Below the pieces are notes generated by a model. It was not told the DNA's origin, searched no databases, and was given only the letters and a program-made list of their open reading frames with translations. From Syntrophales bacterium (GTDB lineage Bacteria; Desulfobacterota; Syntrophia; Syntrophales; UBA2192), in assembly GCA_035506495.1 (NCBI GenBank), contig DATJPI010000294.1, forward strand, positions 1 to 55,526: 55,526 nt of DNA, read 5' to 3'. Within the stretch, counting starts at the first letter, position 1; each line of letters begins with the position of its first letter. Shown here in pieces: positions 1 to 8,256 of the stretch. A program made the position numbers and the translations under genes.

Positions 1-164
1 TACGGCGTGGCGACCCAGGCTATTCGGCGGGCTCGAGGCCCCAGACCAAAACGGTCTGCCACGCCGAGATCAAACCATGAAAGACCTTTTATCTAACTGA
101 AACGGATTTTGGAAGACTGAAGTAAACATACAAGACCAGACAGACCACATGCCGGAGGCAACCC

Positions 165-1331
165 ATGCAAAACTTCGTGTTTGAAAACCCCACACGGATC
201 ATTTTCGGGAAAGGATCCATCTCCAAGATCGGAGCCGAGGTCAAGCGCTTCGGTAACCGGGTTCTCATGGTCTATGGGAAGAGCAGTATCCGAACGACGG
301 GCATCTACGAGCAGGTCCTGAATTCCCTCAAGGAGGCAGGGATTGACATCCTCGAGCTTCCCGGGGTGAAGTCCAACCCCCTGCTCTCCAAGGCAAAGGA
401 AGGCATTGCGCTTGCCCGCGAAAAGAAGGTCGACGTGGTCCTCGCAGTGGGCGGGGGCAGTGTGATCGACACGGCCAAGACGATTGCTGCAGGGATTAAG
501 GCCGATCACGACCCCTGGGAGTTTTTCGTCTACACGAAACTCGTGAAGGATGCCCTGCCCGTTCTGGTGGTTCTGACGCTCTCGGCCAGCGCCTCGGAGA
601 TGAACCCGGCAGCAGTCATCACAAAAGACGAGACGTGCCAAAAATTCAGCGTACGCAGCCCATTCATTCAGCCGAAGACGTCGATCCTCGACCCCGAGGC
701 CCTCTATTCACTCTCTCCAGCCTATACAGCATACAGCGCCGTTGACATCATCACGCACATGCTCGAGGGCTACTTCACCAACTCCGAGACAGGCGAGAGT
801 CCCCTGCAGGACCGGATGATCTATTCCTTCATGAAGACGATCATGGAGGCCACCGAAAAGTCGCTTGCTCATCCAAAGGACTACGATGCGCGGGCGAATT
901 TCATGTGGTCCGGCACGCTGGCCTTCAACGGTCTCACGACGGCCGGCATGGGCATCGTGGGCTTCCCCGTCCACATGATCGAGCATTCGCTCTCGGCCCT
1001 TTACGATATCGCGCACGGCGCGGGCCTTTCCATCGTGCTTCCCGGATGGATGGCCTGGTCGGCAAAGCGAAAATCCGCCCGCTTCGCACGGCTGGCACGG
1101 GAATTTTTCCAGGTGGTCGAGGTCGATGATGCAAAGGCGGCCGCAGCAGGTATTACGAAACTCAAATCCTGGTTCAGCACCCTCAAGAGTCCCGTGTCCC
1201 TGAGGGAAGGAGGCATCCCCGAGGGCGATATCGAGAAGATCGCTGACAACGCCGTGCAGCTTGCCCAGACGTGGAAGTTGAAAGACTACACGAAAGACGT
1301 GATCATCGACGTCCTGAACCACTGCCGCTGA
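165..1331 (+). CDS. Iron-containing (group III) alcohol dehydrogenase
   Basis: 388-aa ORF. It has the GGGSxxD motif (LAVGGGSVIDTAK) and a His-rich metal site (HMIEHSLSALYDIAHG) typical of Fe-ADH/butanol dehydrogenase-like enzymes. Confidence 0.85.
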   Translation: MQNFVFENPTRIIFGKGSISKIGAEVKRFGNRVLMVYGKSSIRTTGIYEQVLNSLKEAGIDILELPGVKSNPLLSKAKEGIALAREKKVDVVLAVGGGSVIDTAKTIAAGIKADHDPWEFFVYTKLVKDALPVLVVLTLSASASEMNPAAVITKDETCQKFSVRSPFIQPKTSILDPEALYSLSPAYTAYSAVDIITHMLEGYFTNSETGESPLQDRMIYSFMKTIMEATEKSLAHPKDYDARANFMWSGTLAFNGLTTAGMGIVGFPVHMIEHSLSALYDIAHGAGLSIVLPGWMAWSAKRKSARFARLAREFFQVVEVDDAKAAAAGITKLKSWFSTLKSPVSLREGGIPEGDIEKIADNAVQLAQTWKLKDYTKDVIIDVLNHCR

Positions 1332-1471
1332 GGAGGAACTCGGGACTCCGGATTCAGGATTCGGGATGGGGAAGCAGTAATGCGTAATCAGTAATTAAGT
1401 GATTAGAATCAGGCGATCAATCTCTTGATTCCCCATTTACTTAATCAGCTCATTACTCAATTACTGTATTC

Positions 1472-1516
1472 CCCTATACCCTGTACCCTGTACCCTGTAC
1501 CCTTTACCCTGTACCC
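1472..1516. repeat. Tandem heptanucleotide array (CCCTRTA)x6
   Basis: Units are CCCTATA CCCTGTA CCCTGTA CCCTGTA CCCTTTA CCCTGTA CCC. The array ends 15 nt before the mobA ATG. The upstream spacer (1341-1471) also shows a looser 7-nt periodicity. Confidence 0.9.
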
Positions 1517-1530
1517 AGGTTATTTCAAAG

Positions 1531-2112
1531 ATGACGGGAATTATCTTAGCAGGCGGCAAGGCCAACCGCATGGGAGGCTTGAACAAGGCCTTTATCGAGG
1601 TCGGGGGCCAGCGGCTTATCGAGCGGACACTCCGCGTGTATCGATCCCTCTTCCAGCAGATCATCATCTCGACAAACTCGCCGCTCGACTACCTGGAATT
1701 CGACGCGCAGATCGTCACTGACATCTACAGGGGAAAGGGGCCTCTCGGGGGGATCCACGCGGGGCTCCTTCATGCAACCGGTGAGCATGTTTTTGTCTCG
1801 GCCTGCGACATGCCATACCTCAGCGAGGAATTCATCCGGTACATGATACAGCAGGCCGCTGATTACGACCTGGTGGTTCCCGTAACCGCCAACGGTTTCG
1901 AATCGCTGCATGCCATCTATTCGAAAAAGTGCCTCCCTGTCATTGAATCACAGATCGAGCGAAACGAGTTGAAGGTTTCCCTGCTCTTCAGGAAGTTCAG
2001 GACCCGCGAGATCCAGGGCGAGGAAATCCGTCGTTTCGATCCCGAGGGTAAGCTCTTCGCCAACCTCAACCGCCCCGAGGATCTGAGCGAAAGATTCGCT
2101 CCCGATCCATGA
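1531..2112 (+). CDS. mobA: Molybdenum cofactor guanylyltransferase
   Basis: 193-aa ORF with the N-terminal GIILAGGKANRMGG motif characteristic of MobA-type nucleotidyltransferases. Confidence 0.8.
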   Translation: MTGIILAGGKANRMGGLNKAFIEVGGQRLIERTLRVYRSLFQQIIISTNSPLDYLEFDAQIVTDIYRGKGPLGGIHAGLLHATGEHVFVSACDMPYLSEEFIRYMIQQAADYDLVVPVTANGFESLHAIYSKKCLPVIESQIERNELKVSLLFRKFRTREIQGEEIRRFDPEGKLFANLNRPEDLSERFAPDP

Positions 2113-2316
2113 CACATGACGCGATCTCTCCCACTGACCCACTATTCCATCACTTTAACATTCCAATACTCCCGCATTTTCATGTCCTTTTTTTCCATTT
2201 GACAATTCCCCCGAATTCCGATAGTTGTTGCGCGATTTTGCGTACCCAAAGCGAAATGCGCAAAAGGTGTATTTCATTCATTTTATTTCGATCCACGCAT
2301 GATGAGGGAGGGTTTT

Positions 2317-3549
2317 ATGAGCGAGGAGAAGCTTTTTGGGATGCCGGCCGAGAAAGGCCGATGGATGTTTGTCGTTCTGGGCTTTATCATCAATATCTGC
2401 CTGGGCAGCGTCTACGCCTACAGCGTATTCAGGGGCCCCGTCCAGAAGCTCCTGAACATGAGTGCCACCGAGGCAGGGCTGCCCTTCATGGTCTTCCTGG
2501 CCCTCTTTGCCACCATGGTGTTCTTCGGCGGCCTTATCCTGGCCAAGCTCGGCCCCAAGATGCTGGGCTGGCTCGGCGGAATCGTTGTCGGTATCGGCTG
2601 GATCCTGGCCAGCTTCTCCACAAGCGGCACGATGCTGACGATCACCTACGGGCTGATCGGTGGCGCCGGTGTGGGCCTTGCCTACGGAGTGCCTCTGGCC
2701 GTCGCGGGCCGATGGTTCCCCGACAAGCGCGGCCTCGCACTGGGCTTGACGCTCGCCGGGTTCGGCGGCTCCCCCTTCGTGTCGGCCAACGTTGCGGCGG
2801 CCCTCATCAAGGCCGTGGGCCCCATGCAGACCTTCTTCTACATGGGAGTGGCCTTCCTGGCCATTGTGGTCGTGTGCTTCATTCCCTTCCGCTTCCCCAA
2901 GGACGGCTGGCTCCCCGCGGGCTGGAAGCCGCCTGCAGCGGCCGCGGCAAGCGCGATTGACCTCAACATGGCTCAAATGTCGAAAACCTCCACGTTCTAC
3001 GGCCTGTTCCTCTGCTATACGATCGGATGCCTTGCGGGACTGATGGCCATCGGCATCTCCGCCTCCGTTGCCCAGGAAATCATCAAGATCGACGCGGCCA
3101 CGGCGGCAACGCTCGTGGGCGTGTTCGCGATCTTCAACGGCGTGGGACGGCCTATTTTCGGCGTGCTGACAGACAAGCTCTCTCCCAAGATGGCGGCCAT
3201 CATCTCCTTCGTCATCATCCTCGCCTGCTCGCTGGGCATGCTCGCCGCAGGCCCCGGAAGCGTGATGCTTTACACCATCTGCTTCATCGGGTTCTGGCTC
3301 TGCCTCGGCGGCTGGCTGGCCATCGCGCCCACGGCAACGACAATCTTCTTCGGCGTGAAAAACTATGCCAAAAACTACGGCTTGGTCTACTTCGCCTACG
3401 GCATCGGGGCCATCCTCGGAGGCATCATCGCCGGCCAGGCAAAGGACACCTTCGGTTCTTTCTCCGTCGCCTTCTATCCAACAGCGGGCCTGGCGGTGCT
3501 GGGCATACTCATCGCCTTCATGATGATGAAACCGGTTAAGAAAGCATAA
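2317..3549 (+). CDS. MFS transporter (oxalate/formate antiporter-like)
   Basis: About 410-aa polytopic ORF with roughly 12 hydrophobic segments. The ORF opens at 2299, but the ATG at 2317 is preceded by GAGGGAGGG 4 nt upstream, so I chose it as the start. Confidence 0.75.
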   Translation: MSEEKLFGMPAEKGRWMFVVLGFIINICLGSVYAYSVFRGPVQKLLNMSATEAGLPFMVFLALFATMVFFGGLILAKLGPKMLGWLGGIVVGIGWILASFSTSGTMLTITYGLIGGAGVGLAYGVPLAVAGRWFPDKRGLALGLTLAGFGGSPFVSANVAAALIKAVGPMQTFFYMGVAFLAIVVVCFIPFRFPKDGWLPAGWKPPAAAAASAIDLNMAQMSKTSTFYGLFLCYTIGCLAGLMAIGISASVAQEIIKIDAATAATLVGVFAIFNGVGRPIFGVLTDKLSPKMAAIISFVIILACSLGMLAAGPGSVMLYTICFIGFWLCLGGWLAIAPTATTIFFGVKNYAKNYGLVYFAYGIGAILGGIIAGQAKDTFGSFSVAFYPTAGLAVLGILIAFMMMKPVKKA

Positions 3550-3574
3550 ACTCGTAACCATTCCTGAAACGAGA

Positions 3575-3609
3575 AAGGGCGCCGGTTTCAATCCGGCGCC
3601 CTTCTTTTC
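3575..3609. terminator. Bidirectional intrinsic terminator
   Basis: AAGGGCGCCGG-TTTCAAT-CCGGCGCCCTT forms an 11-bp perfect stem followed by CTTTTC. T-rich sequence follows on the other strand too. It sits between the convergent MFS gene and precursor A1 and marks the left border of the RiPP-like cluster. Confidence 0.8.
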
Positions 3610-3733
3610 ATTCTTCTTCCGACGCCCTAGCCGGGAAACTCCGTCTTCTTCCTTGGAAAATCCCTACCGTCCAAGATGTAATGAAAAAAGGAATTTGAAT
3701 ATTCCGAACAGGACCCCATGTGTCTTTAATATT

Positions 3734-4162
3734 CTAAGTATTAGTTTGGCCGTAAGTACAATAATTGCCGCTAGACCCTGTCCAACAACAGTGGCGATTC
3801 ACGCAAGGGGCGGGACATTGTCCAGACCAGCAATAGGTGGTCACATTCCCAGGGTTGCAACCCTCATTGCAAACATAGCCTGGACCGGCGGAGAGGCCAC
3901 TCCAGCAATCACAGGAAGATGATACGCCGCAAGTACCCGAGCAGCAGGTTCCACTGGGACTGGTGCCGCAGCCCCCGGCGTTGCAACAGCTGCTCCAGGG
4001 GGTGCCGCATCCCCCCGTGCTGCAACACGAGCCAGATGCCCCCGTGCCTGACATGCAGTTTCCGGTCTGCGACCCGTGAGTGGCGCAGGTGTACCCGAGG
4101 GCCGCCTCTCCGCTGCTCAGATGGACAAGCTTTGGTAGTTCATAGGCGAACAATTTTTTCAT
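3734..4162 (-). CDS. Cys-rich RiPP-like precursor paralog A1
   Basis: 142-aa ORF with 21 Cys (4 CC doublets) and a G/S/T-rich composition. Its N-terminus MKKLFAYELPKLVHLSSGE aligns with the leaders of the ORFs at 10168, 10808 and 11321. Confidence 0.7.
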   Translation of the reverse strand: MKKLFAYELPKLVHLSSGEAALGYTCATHGSQTGNCMSGTGASGSCCSTGGCGTPWSSCCNAGGCGTSPSGTCCSGTCGVSSSCDCWSGLSAGPGYVCNEGCNPGNVTTYCWSGQCPAPCVNRHCCWTGSSGNYCTYGQTNT

Positions 4163-4257
4163 GGCAGTCTATACGCTTCTCTCAGGCCGCACATCGGGCA
4201 CTTCCTGCAAAATTGACGATGCGTGTTGCAATCTTGTGCCTCTGATTCTTACGTGTT

Positions 4258-6063
4258 CTATCCTCCCGCGAGCGGCGTCCCGTCTGTCGTCTTTCCCCCC
4301 TTCAAAACCGTCCGGATCAGATTGTTCCTGACCCTCTTCAAGCCCGGCAGCAGCTCCCCTTCCAGACGCCCATACTCCTCCCTGGCGGCACAGACCATCG
4401 TCGCTGTATCGGATCCCGGTCTTCCCACCCGGTCGAAGAATACGGGGTTGTCGCAACCGATCGGCCGTACTTCCCGGTAGTGTACGCCGGCCTCCTGCAG
4501 CCGCACCCGGTCCGAATAATAAAGCTGGAAGGTTGTAGGCAGGGGCCCCTTTTCACTCACCAGCGATAGGACCGCAAGATGCCGGTGAAGATAGAGCGAT
4601 CCCCACGCCTCCGCCGCGGTATAGAGCGTCGTGATGAAAAGAACATTCAGGGCCAGGGCCGTCAGGGCAACATTTCTTAGAATTCGCAGAATGTTCCCAC
4701 TGACGTAGAAAGAATAGACGATCGCGACGAAGGGCAGGATCCAGGCCTGGGGCACATACCGCGCCCACCACGGCTCCGGAAAGACGAAAATGGTGACGGA
4801 CAGGGCAAGCCCTGCGCCAAGGGCAATGCCAAGGTGGGGGCTATGCCGGAGTGCGGCGACGATCATCATTGCTGCAGCCACGAGAAACGCCCCGCCGAAG
4901 AGCGGTCCCCACCCTCCGATACGCGTATCCGGCGAGAAAAAGGGAATCATCTCCCCGGGGCTCACGGAGAAGGGAATCTTCAGCTCGGGCGGGTCTTGCA
5001 GGCTGTTCATGGAGCGGGAAAAGATAGACACCAGAAATTTCTCGACCCGTGTTTTTTTCAGGAATTCGTCATGAACGTGTCCATCCACGGTGTTCGTCGC
5101 ACCCTCGCCGATGACCCGGTGAAAGGGATTCCCCGTCGAAAGGGTGTTCGTCACATAGGGGTTGTAACCGAAGAGGAAGATGCCGATGAAAAGAATCGCA
5201 CCCGCGTGGAGCAGGGCCCGGCGCATCTCTTTCCGATGCCTGATGATGATCATCAGCACCCAAGCCCCGAGCAGGGACAGGGCATACACGAGCCCCGAGT
5301 ACTTGACATTGATGAGCAGGACGGCGGCCAGGCCTGACGTGAAAAAGTGCAGGCGCGACGGGTTTTTCAGCAGGATCAGAAGCTGCGAAGAAAGAATCAG
5401 GAAAAGCGACGAAAGGGCCCCGTCGACCATGAAAGAAAACATCTGGCAGACGGCAACCGGGTTGAGCGCGAGCAGGATCGCGATTGCATTTCGGGTCCTT
5501 CCATCCAGTCGCTCCAGGGGTTCCAAGGCCGTGCGGACCGAAAAAAAGGAAGCCGCCATCAGGAGGAGATTGATCGCCTTACCCGATTCGATGAGTCCCG
5601 CGGCCTTGTAGATCGTGGCCTGGACGATCCACGCCCCTTTGGGGAAATAGCAAATAAAATCGGGAAACGCAGGAGTAGAGAGGACGACGTCCCGCAGTGG
5701 ATTCCAGCCCCCGGCAAGCGCGACGATAGCCTCCTGGTGGTAGTACTGGCCGTCGCAGGAGGTGTCGAAAAAGAAAAGGGAGACTGCGATGGCACAAAGG
5801 AAGGGAATGCCGAAAAGACCCGCGGAAATAGCCAGCGATACGGGCGACGAGCGGCTATGGGCAGCGCGGATCCGATGATATCCGAAGAGGATGCTCGACA
5901 GGATGCAGAGAAAAAGATTGGCCGATGAAATTACAAAACCGAAGAGGTTCTGCAGCAGGGCGAGCACCACGGCGCAAGCCATGAATATCAGGACCTGCTG
6001 GACCAGGATAAAACCGTAATCCGGCTGGGCGATTTCTTTTCGAGACGGCGTATTAATCGGCAT
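4258..6063 (-). CDS. Large polytopic membrane protein, function unknown (GT-C/polymerase-like topology is a guess)
   Basis: 601-aa ORF with many hydrophobic segments followed by a soluble C-terminal tail of about 100 aa. Its start overlaps the stop of the upstream gene by 11 nt, suggesting translational coupling. Confidence 0.6.
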   Translation of the reverse strand: MPINTPSRKEIAQPDYGFILVQQVLIFMACAVVLALLQNLFGFVISSANLFLCILSSILFGYHRIRAAHSRSSPVSLAISAGLFGIPFLCAIAVSLFFFDTSCDGQYYHQEAIVALAGGWNPLRDVVLSTPAFPDFICYFPKGAWIVQATIYKAAGLIESGKAINLLLMAASFFSVRTALEPLERLDGRTRNAIAILLALNPVAVCQMFSFMVDGALSSLFLILSSQLLILLKNPSRLHFFTSGLAAVLLINVKYSGLVYALSLLGAWVLMIIIRHRKEMRRALLHAGAILFIGIFLFGYNPYVTNTLSTGNPFHRVIGEGATNTVDGHVHDEFLKKTRVEKFLVSIFSRSMNSLQDPPELKIPFSVSPGEMIPFFSPDTRIGGWGPLFGGAFLVAAAMMIVAALRHSPHLGIALGAGLALSVTIFVFPEPWWARYVPQAWILPFVAIVYSFYVSGNILRILRNVALTALALNVLFITTLYTAAEAWGSLYLHRHLAVLSLVSEKGPLPTTFQLYYSDRVRLQEAGVHYREVRPIGCDNPVFFDRVGRPGSDTATMVCAAREEYGRLEGELLPGLKRVRNNLIRTVLKGGKTTDGTPLAGG

Positions 6064-7249
6064 GACGGCTGTTCCATCCGGTCCTGCAGAACTGTCTCAG
6101 GGTCCCTTCCCCATATCTGGCTATCAGCGTCACCGGTCGCAGGAGATAGGCGACAGGAAAGAGATAGTCCGGCAGGGGCGCCGGGTTCCAGTCCCCGAAA
6201 AGAAGGTTCATCGCATATTTTCCGAATAGGCCGAGACGGTCTTGCCGGCGCTCCCGGACGTTCCAGTAAAAAACCATCTCCTTCACGAGCGACACCTGAA
6301 TCCGATGGACGCCCAGCAGCCTGCTCTTGATCCATCTCGCCAGCCGATCGACGGAGGGGTCCTCATCGAGTTCTGTCAGAATGAGACCGGGAAGAACGGG
6401 ACCGAAAAGATCTTCCGCCAATCGAAGGCCGAGACAAAGCATTCGGTGGCTGCCGCAGGCCCGGGAGAGCTTCATGATCCTTGTCCAGTCAAGATCCTCC
6501 TTTTGGCGGATGAGCTCTGCAATGTCATGGGCCCAGATCAACCGCCCCCAGAGATCCTTGCACCCATGGACGCAAAGGACTAGGAGCAACTCCTCCGGAG
6601 GCAGTGTGGGAATCCGGAAATCCCTCGTGCGCAGCGCCTGCCCGTTTTCCCACAGGCCGAGGCGCTCCACGGGAAAAGAGAAATACCCGGGAACGATATT
6701 CCATTGAAGCTCGACGGCAATGGTGCCGCTATCGCGCGAAAGCCCAATCTCGCTATTCCATCGCGTGAAGGTCACGGCCTGGGTTCTCGAAAGCGCCTTT
6801 TCGGGCCTGTAACCCATGGCAACCATGAGATCCCGCGCCCGCAGGACATCGCAGCGCCTTATCAGGATATCCAGGTCATTGAAATGGCGAAGCGCCACAT
6901 TGCCGTAGACGAAATCGGCAAGCGCCGGGCCCTTGTAGGGCATCGCCTTCACCCCGCCGGCCTCGAGGCCCTCGAGGATCTTCAGAAGCGCCGATGTCAG
7001 CCGCAGGCACCTGGCCGAATTGACATGGTAGAGCGCCCGGAGATGATCGTAGAGATCGGCAGGAAAGATGCCGGCAAAATGGATCCTTGCATTTCGATAC
7101 AGAAGGGGCGCAAGGCCGTGCTGCAAAGCGAGGCTCGACAGTTCCTGATGGTCGATGCCCGCCGCAAGGATTTCCGCGACCCGTCTTCTCGCGGACGCGC
7201 CCGGGGACGACTGGGAACCGATCAGGAGAAGTTCGATCTCGGGCTTCAT
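6053..7249 (-). CDS. Uncharacterised nucleotidyltransferase family protein (NTP_transf_5-like)
   Basis: 398-aa ORF. The segment MPYKGPALADFVYGNVALRHFNDLDILIRRCDVLRARDLMVAMGYRP matches the pattern I recall for PF14907-type proteins found in RiPP and lasso clusters. It overlaps the upstream GT2 gene by 4 nt. Confidence 0.65.
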   Translation of the reverse strand: MKPEIELLLIGSQSSPGASARRRVAEILAAGIDHQELSSLALQHGLAPLLYRNARIHFAGIFPADLYDHLRALYHVNSARCLRLTSALLKILEGLEAGGVKAMPYKGPALADFVYGNVALRHFNDLDILIRRCDVLRARDLMVAMGYRPEKALSRTQAVTFTRWNSEIGLSRDSGTIAVELQWNIVPGYFSFPVERLGLWENGQALRTRDFRIPTLPPEELLLVLCVHGCKDLWGRLIWAHDIAELIRQKEDLDWTRIMKLSRACGSHRMLCLGLRLAEDLFGPVLPGLILTELDEDPSVDRLARWIKSRLLGVHRIQVSLVKEMVFYWNVRERRQDRLGLFGKYAMNLLFGDWNPAPLPDYLFPVAYLLRPVTLIARYGEGTLRQFCRTGWNSRHAD

Positions 7250-8256
7250 GGACGTGCTCTCTCCAAACGGGTGCAGGTTGCATGCATATCCGTCAAGGGC
7301 TCAGACCGTTTCATCAGATATGGCTGGAAAATGCGGCGATAGATGCGGGGAATCACGTGAGCGGGGTGGATGGCCAGTGCCGCGGCCATCGTCATGACTG
7401 CTCGAAGACGATTGTGGTCCGCGTAGCGCCGGGCTGCGCGCTGATAGAATTCTTCCCCTGAATCTCTCCGATAAGATTCCACTCTCTCATACCAGGAACG
7501 ACTCCTCCGGAAGGCCAGATATTCATTGAAAGAAGGCTCTTTCAGGCCCGATCGCCTGGCATGGATGCACCGGATGGCCCATTCTCCGTAGAGCCGATTC
7601 ACATTTGGCCGGGCGCCGGAAGAGGAGTTCTCGTGAAACCGATCCAGAACGAGGGATTCCCGCATTTTCAACAACAGATGCTTTTGTTCCGCAAGCCTGT
7701 TCCAGAGATCGGTGTCTTCGGCCTGAACGAATATTTCCCGGTATCCGCCGGCATCCAGGACAGTCTTTCTGTGCATCATGACCGTCGAGTGAATGAAGAA
7801 TAGCGTTTCGTTTCGCCTCACCATCTCTACAAGCTCGGCCTCGCTGAAAGGACCCAGGGATTCCATCGGGACAAGCTGCCCGCCCTGCGCGTCGATCCAG
7901 GTGCCCATGGCGCCCAGGACCCTGATCCTCGGGTTGGCCTCAAGAGCGGCAACCTGCAGCTCCAGTTTGCGGGGCAGGAAAATGTCATCGGCGTCGAGGC
8001 GGGCGACCCACTCGCAGGATGCCTCCATGAGGCAGCGGTTTGCTGCGCCGCTGTGTCCCCTGTTTTCCTGTGTGACGACACGGACGCGGGAATCCTCAGC
8101 GGCATAGGCGCGCATGATCGCGGGGGTTGCGTCCGTTGATCCGTCATCGACGAGGATCAGCTCGAAATCGCGATGCGTCTGGGCCAGCACGCTTTCAATG
8201 GCCTCGGCAAGATAGCGCTCGCCGTTATAGACGGGAATGACGACGGAGACTTCCAT
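7246..8256 (-). CDS. Family 2 glycosyltransferase
   Basis: 336-aa ORF with a classic GT2 N-terminus: VSVVIPVYNGERYLAEAIESVLAQTHRDFELILVDDGSTD, then DADD. Confidence 0.85.
   Translation of the reverse strand: MEVSVVIPVYNGERYLAEAIESVLAQTHRDFELILVDDGSTDATPAIMRAYAAEDSRVRVVTQENRGHSGAANRCLMEASCEWVARLDADDIFLPRKLELQVAALEANPRIRVLGAMGTWIDAQGGQLVPMESLGPFSEAELVEMVRRNETLFFIHSTVMMHRKTVLDAGGYREIFVQAEDTDLWNRLAEQKHLLLKMRESLVLDRFHENSSSGARPNVNRLYGEWAIRCIHARRSGLKEPSFNEYLAFRRSRSWYERVESYRRDSGEEFYQRAARRYADHNRLRAVMTMAAALAIHPAHVIPRIYRRIFQPYLMKRSEPLTDMHATCTRLERARP

Noticed and set aside
1472-1516. Heptamer and other short tandem arrays, considered as possible CRISPR arrays.
   Set aside because: The units are 7-9 nt and directly abutting, with no spacers. 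There are no 24-48-nt repeats and no cas genes in the window.
2228-2263. The imperfect palindrome TTGCGCGATTTTGC...GCGAAATGCGCAA upstream of the MFS transporter, considered as an operator or riboswitch stem.
   Set aside because: It is only an imperfect repeat with a bulge. I recognised no regulator gene nearby and no known motif. It is too weak to list as a feature.
2278-3591. Long antisense ORFs mirroring well-supported genes. Examples are 2278-3591(-) opposite the MFS gene, 8237-10174(+) opposite the ABC exporter and 14557-15846(+) opposite a radical SAM gene. Others are 23852-25081(-), 31249-32673(+), 35019-36431(+), 50054-51436(+) and 52074-53309(+).
   Set aside because: Their translations are low-complexity R/G/P/H/E-rich strings without recognisable motifs, which is typical of the antisense frame of GC-rich genes. 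In every case the opposite-strand ORF has clear family motifs.
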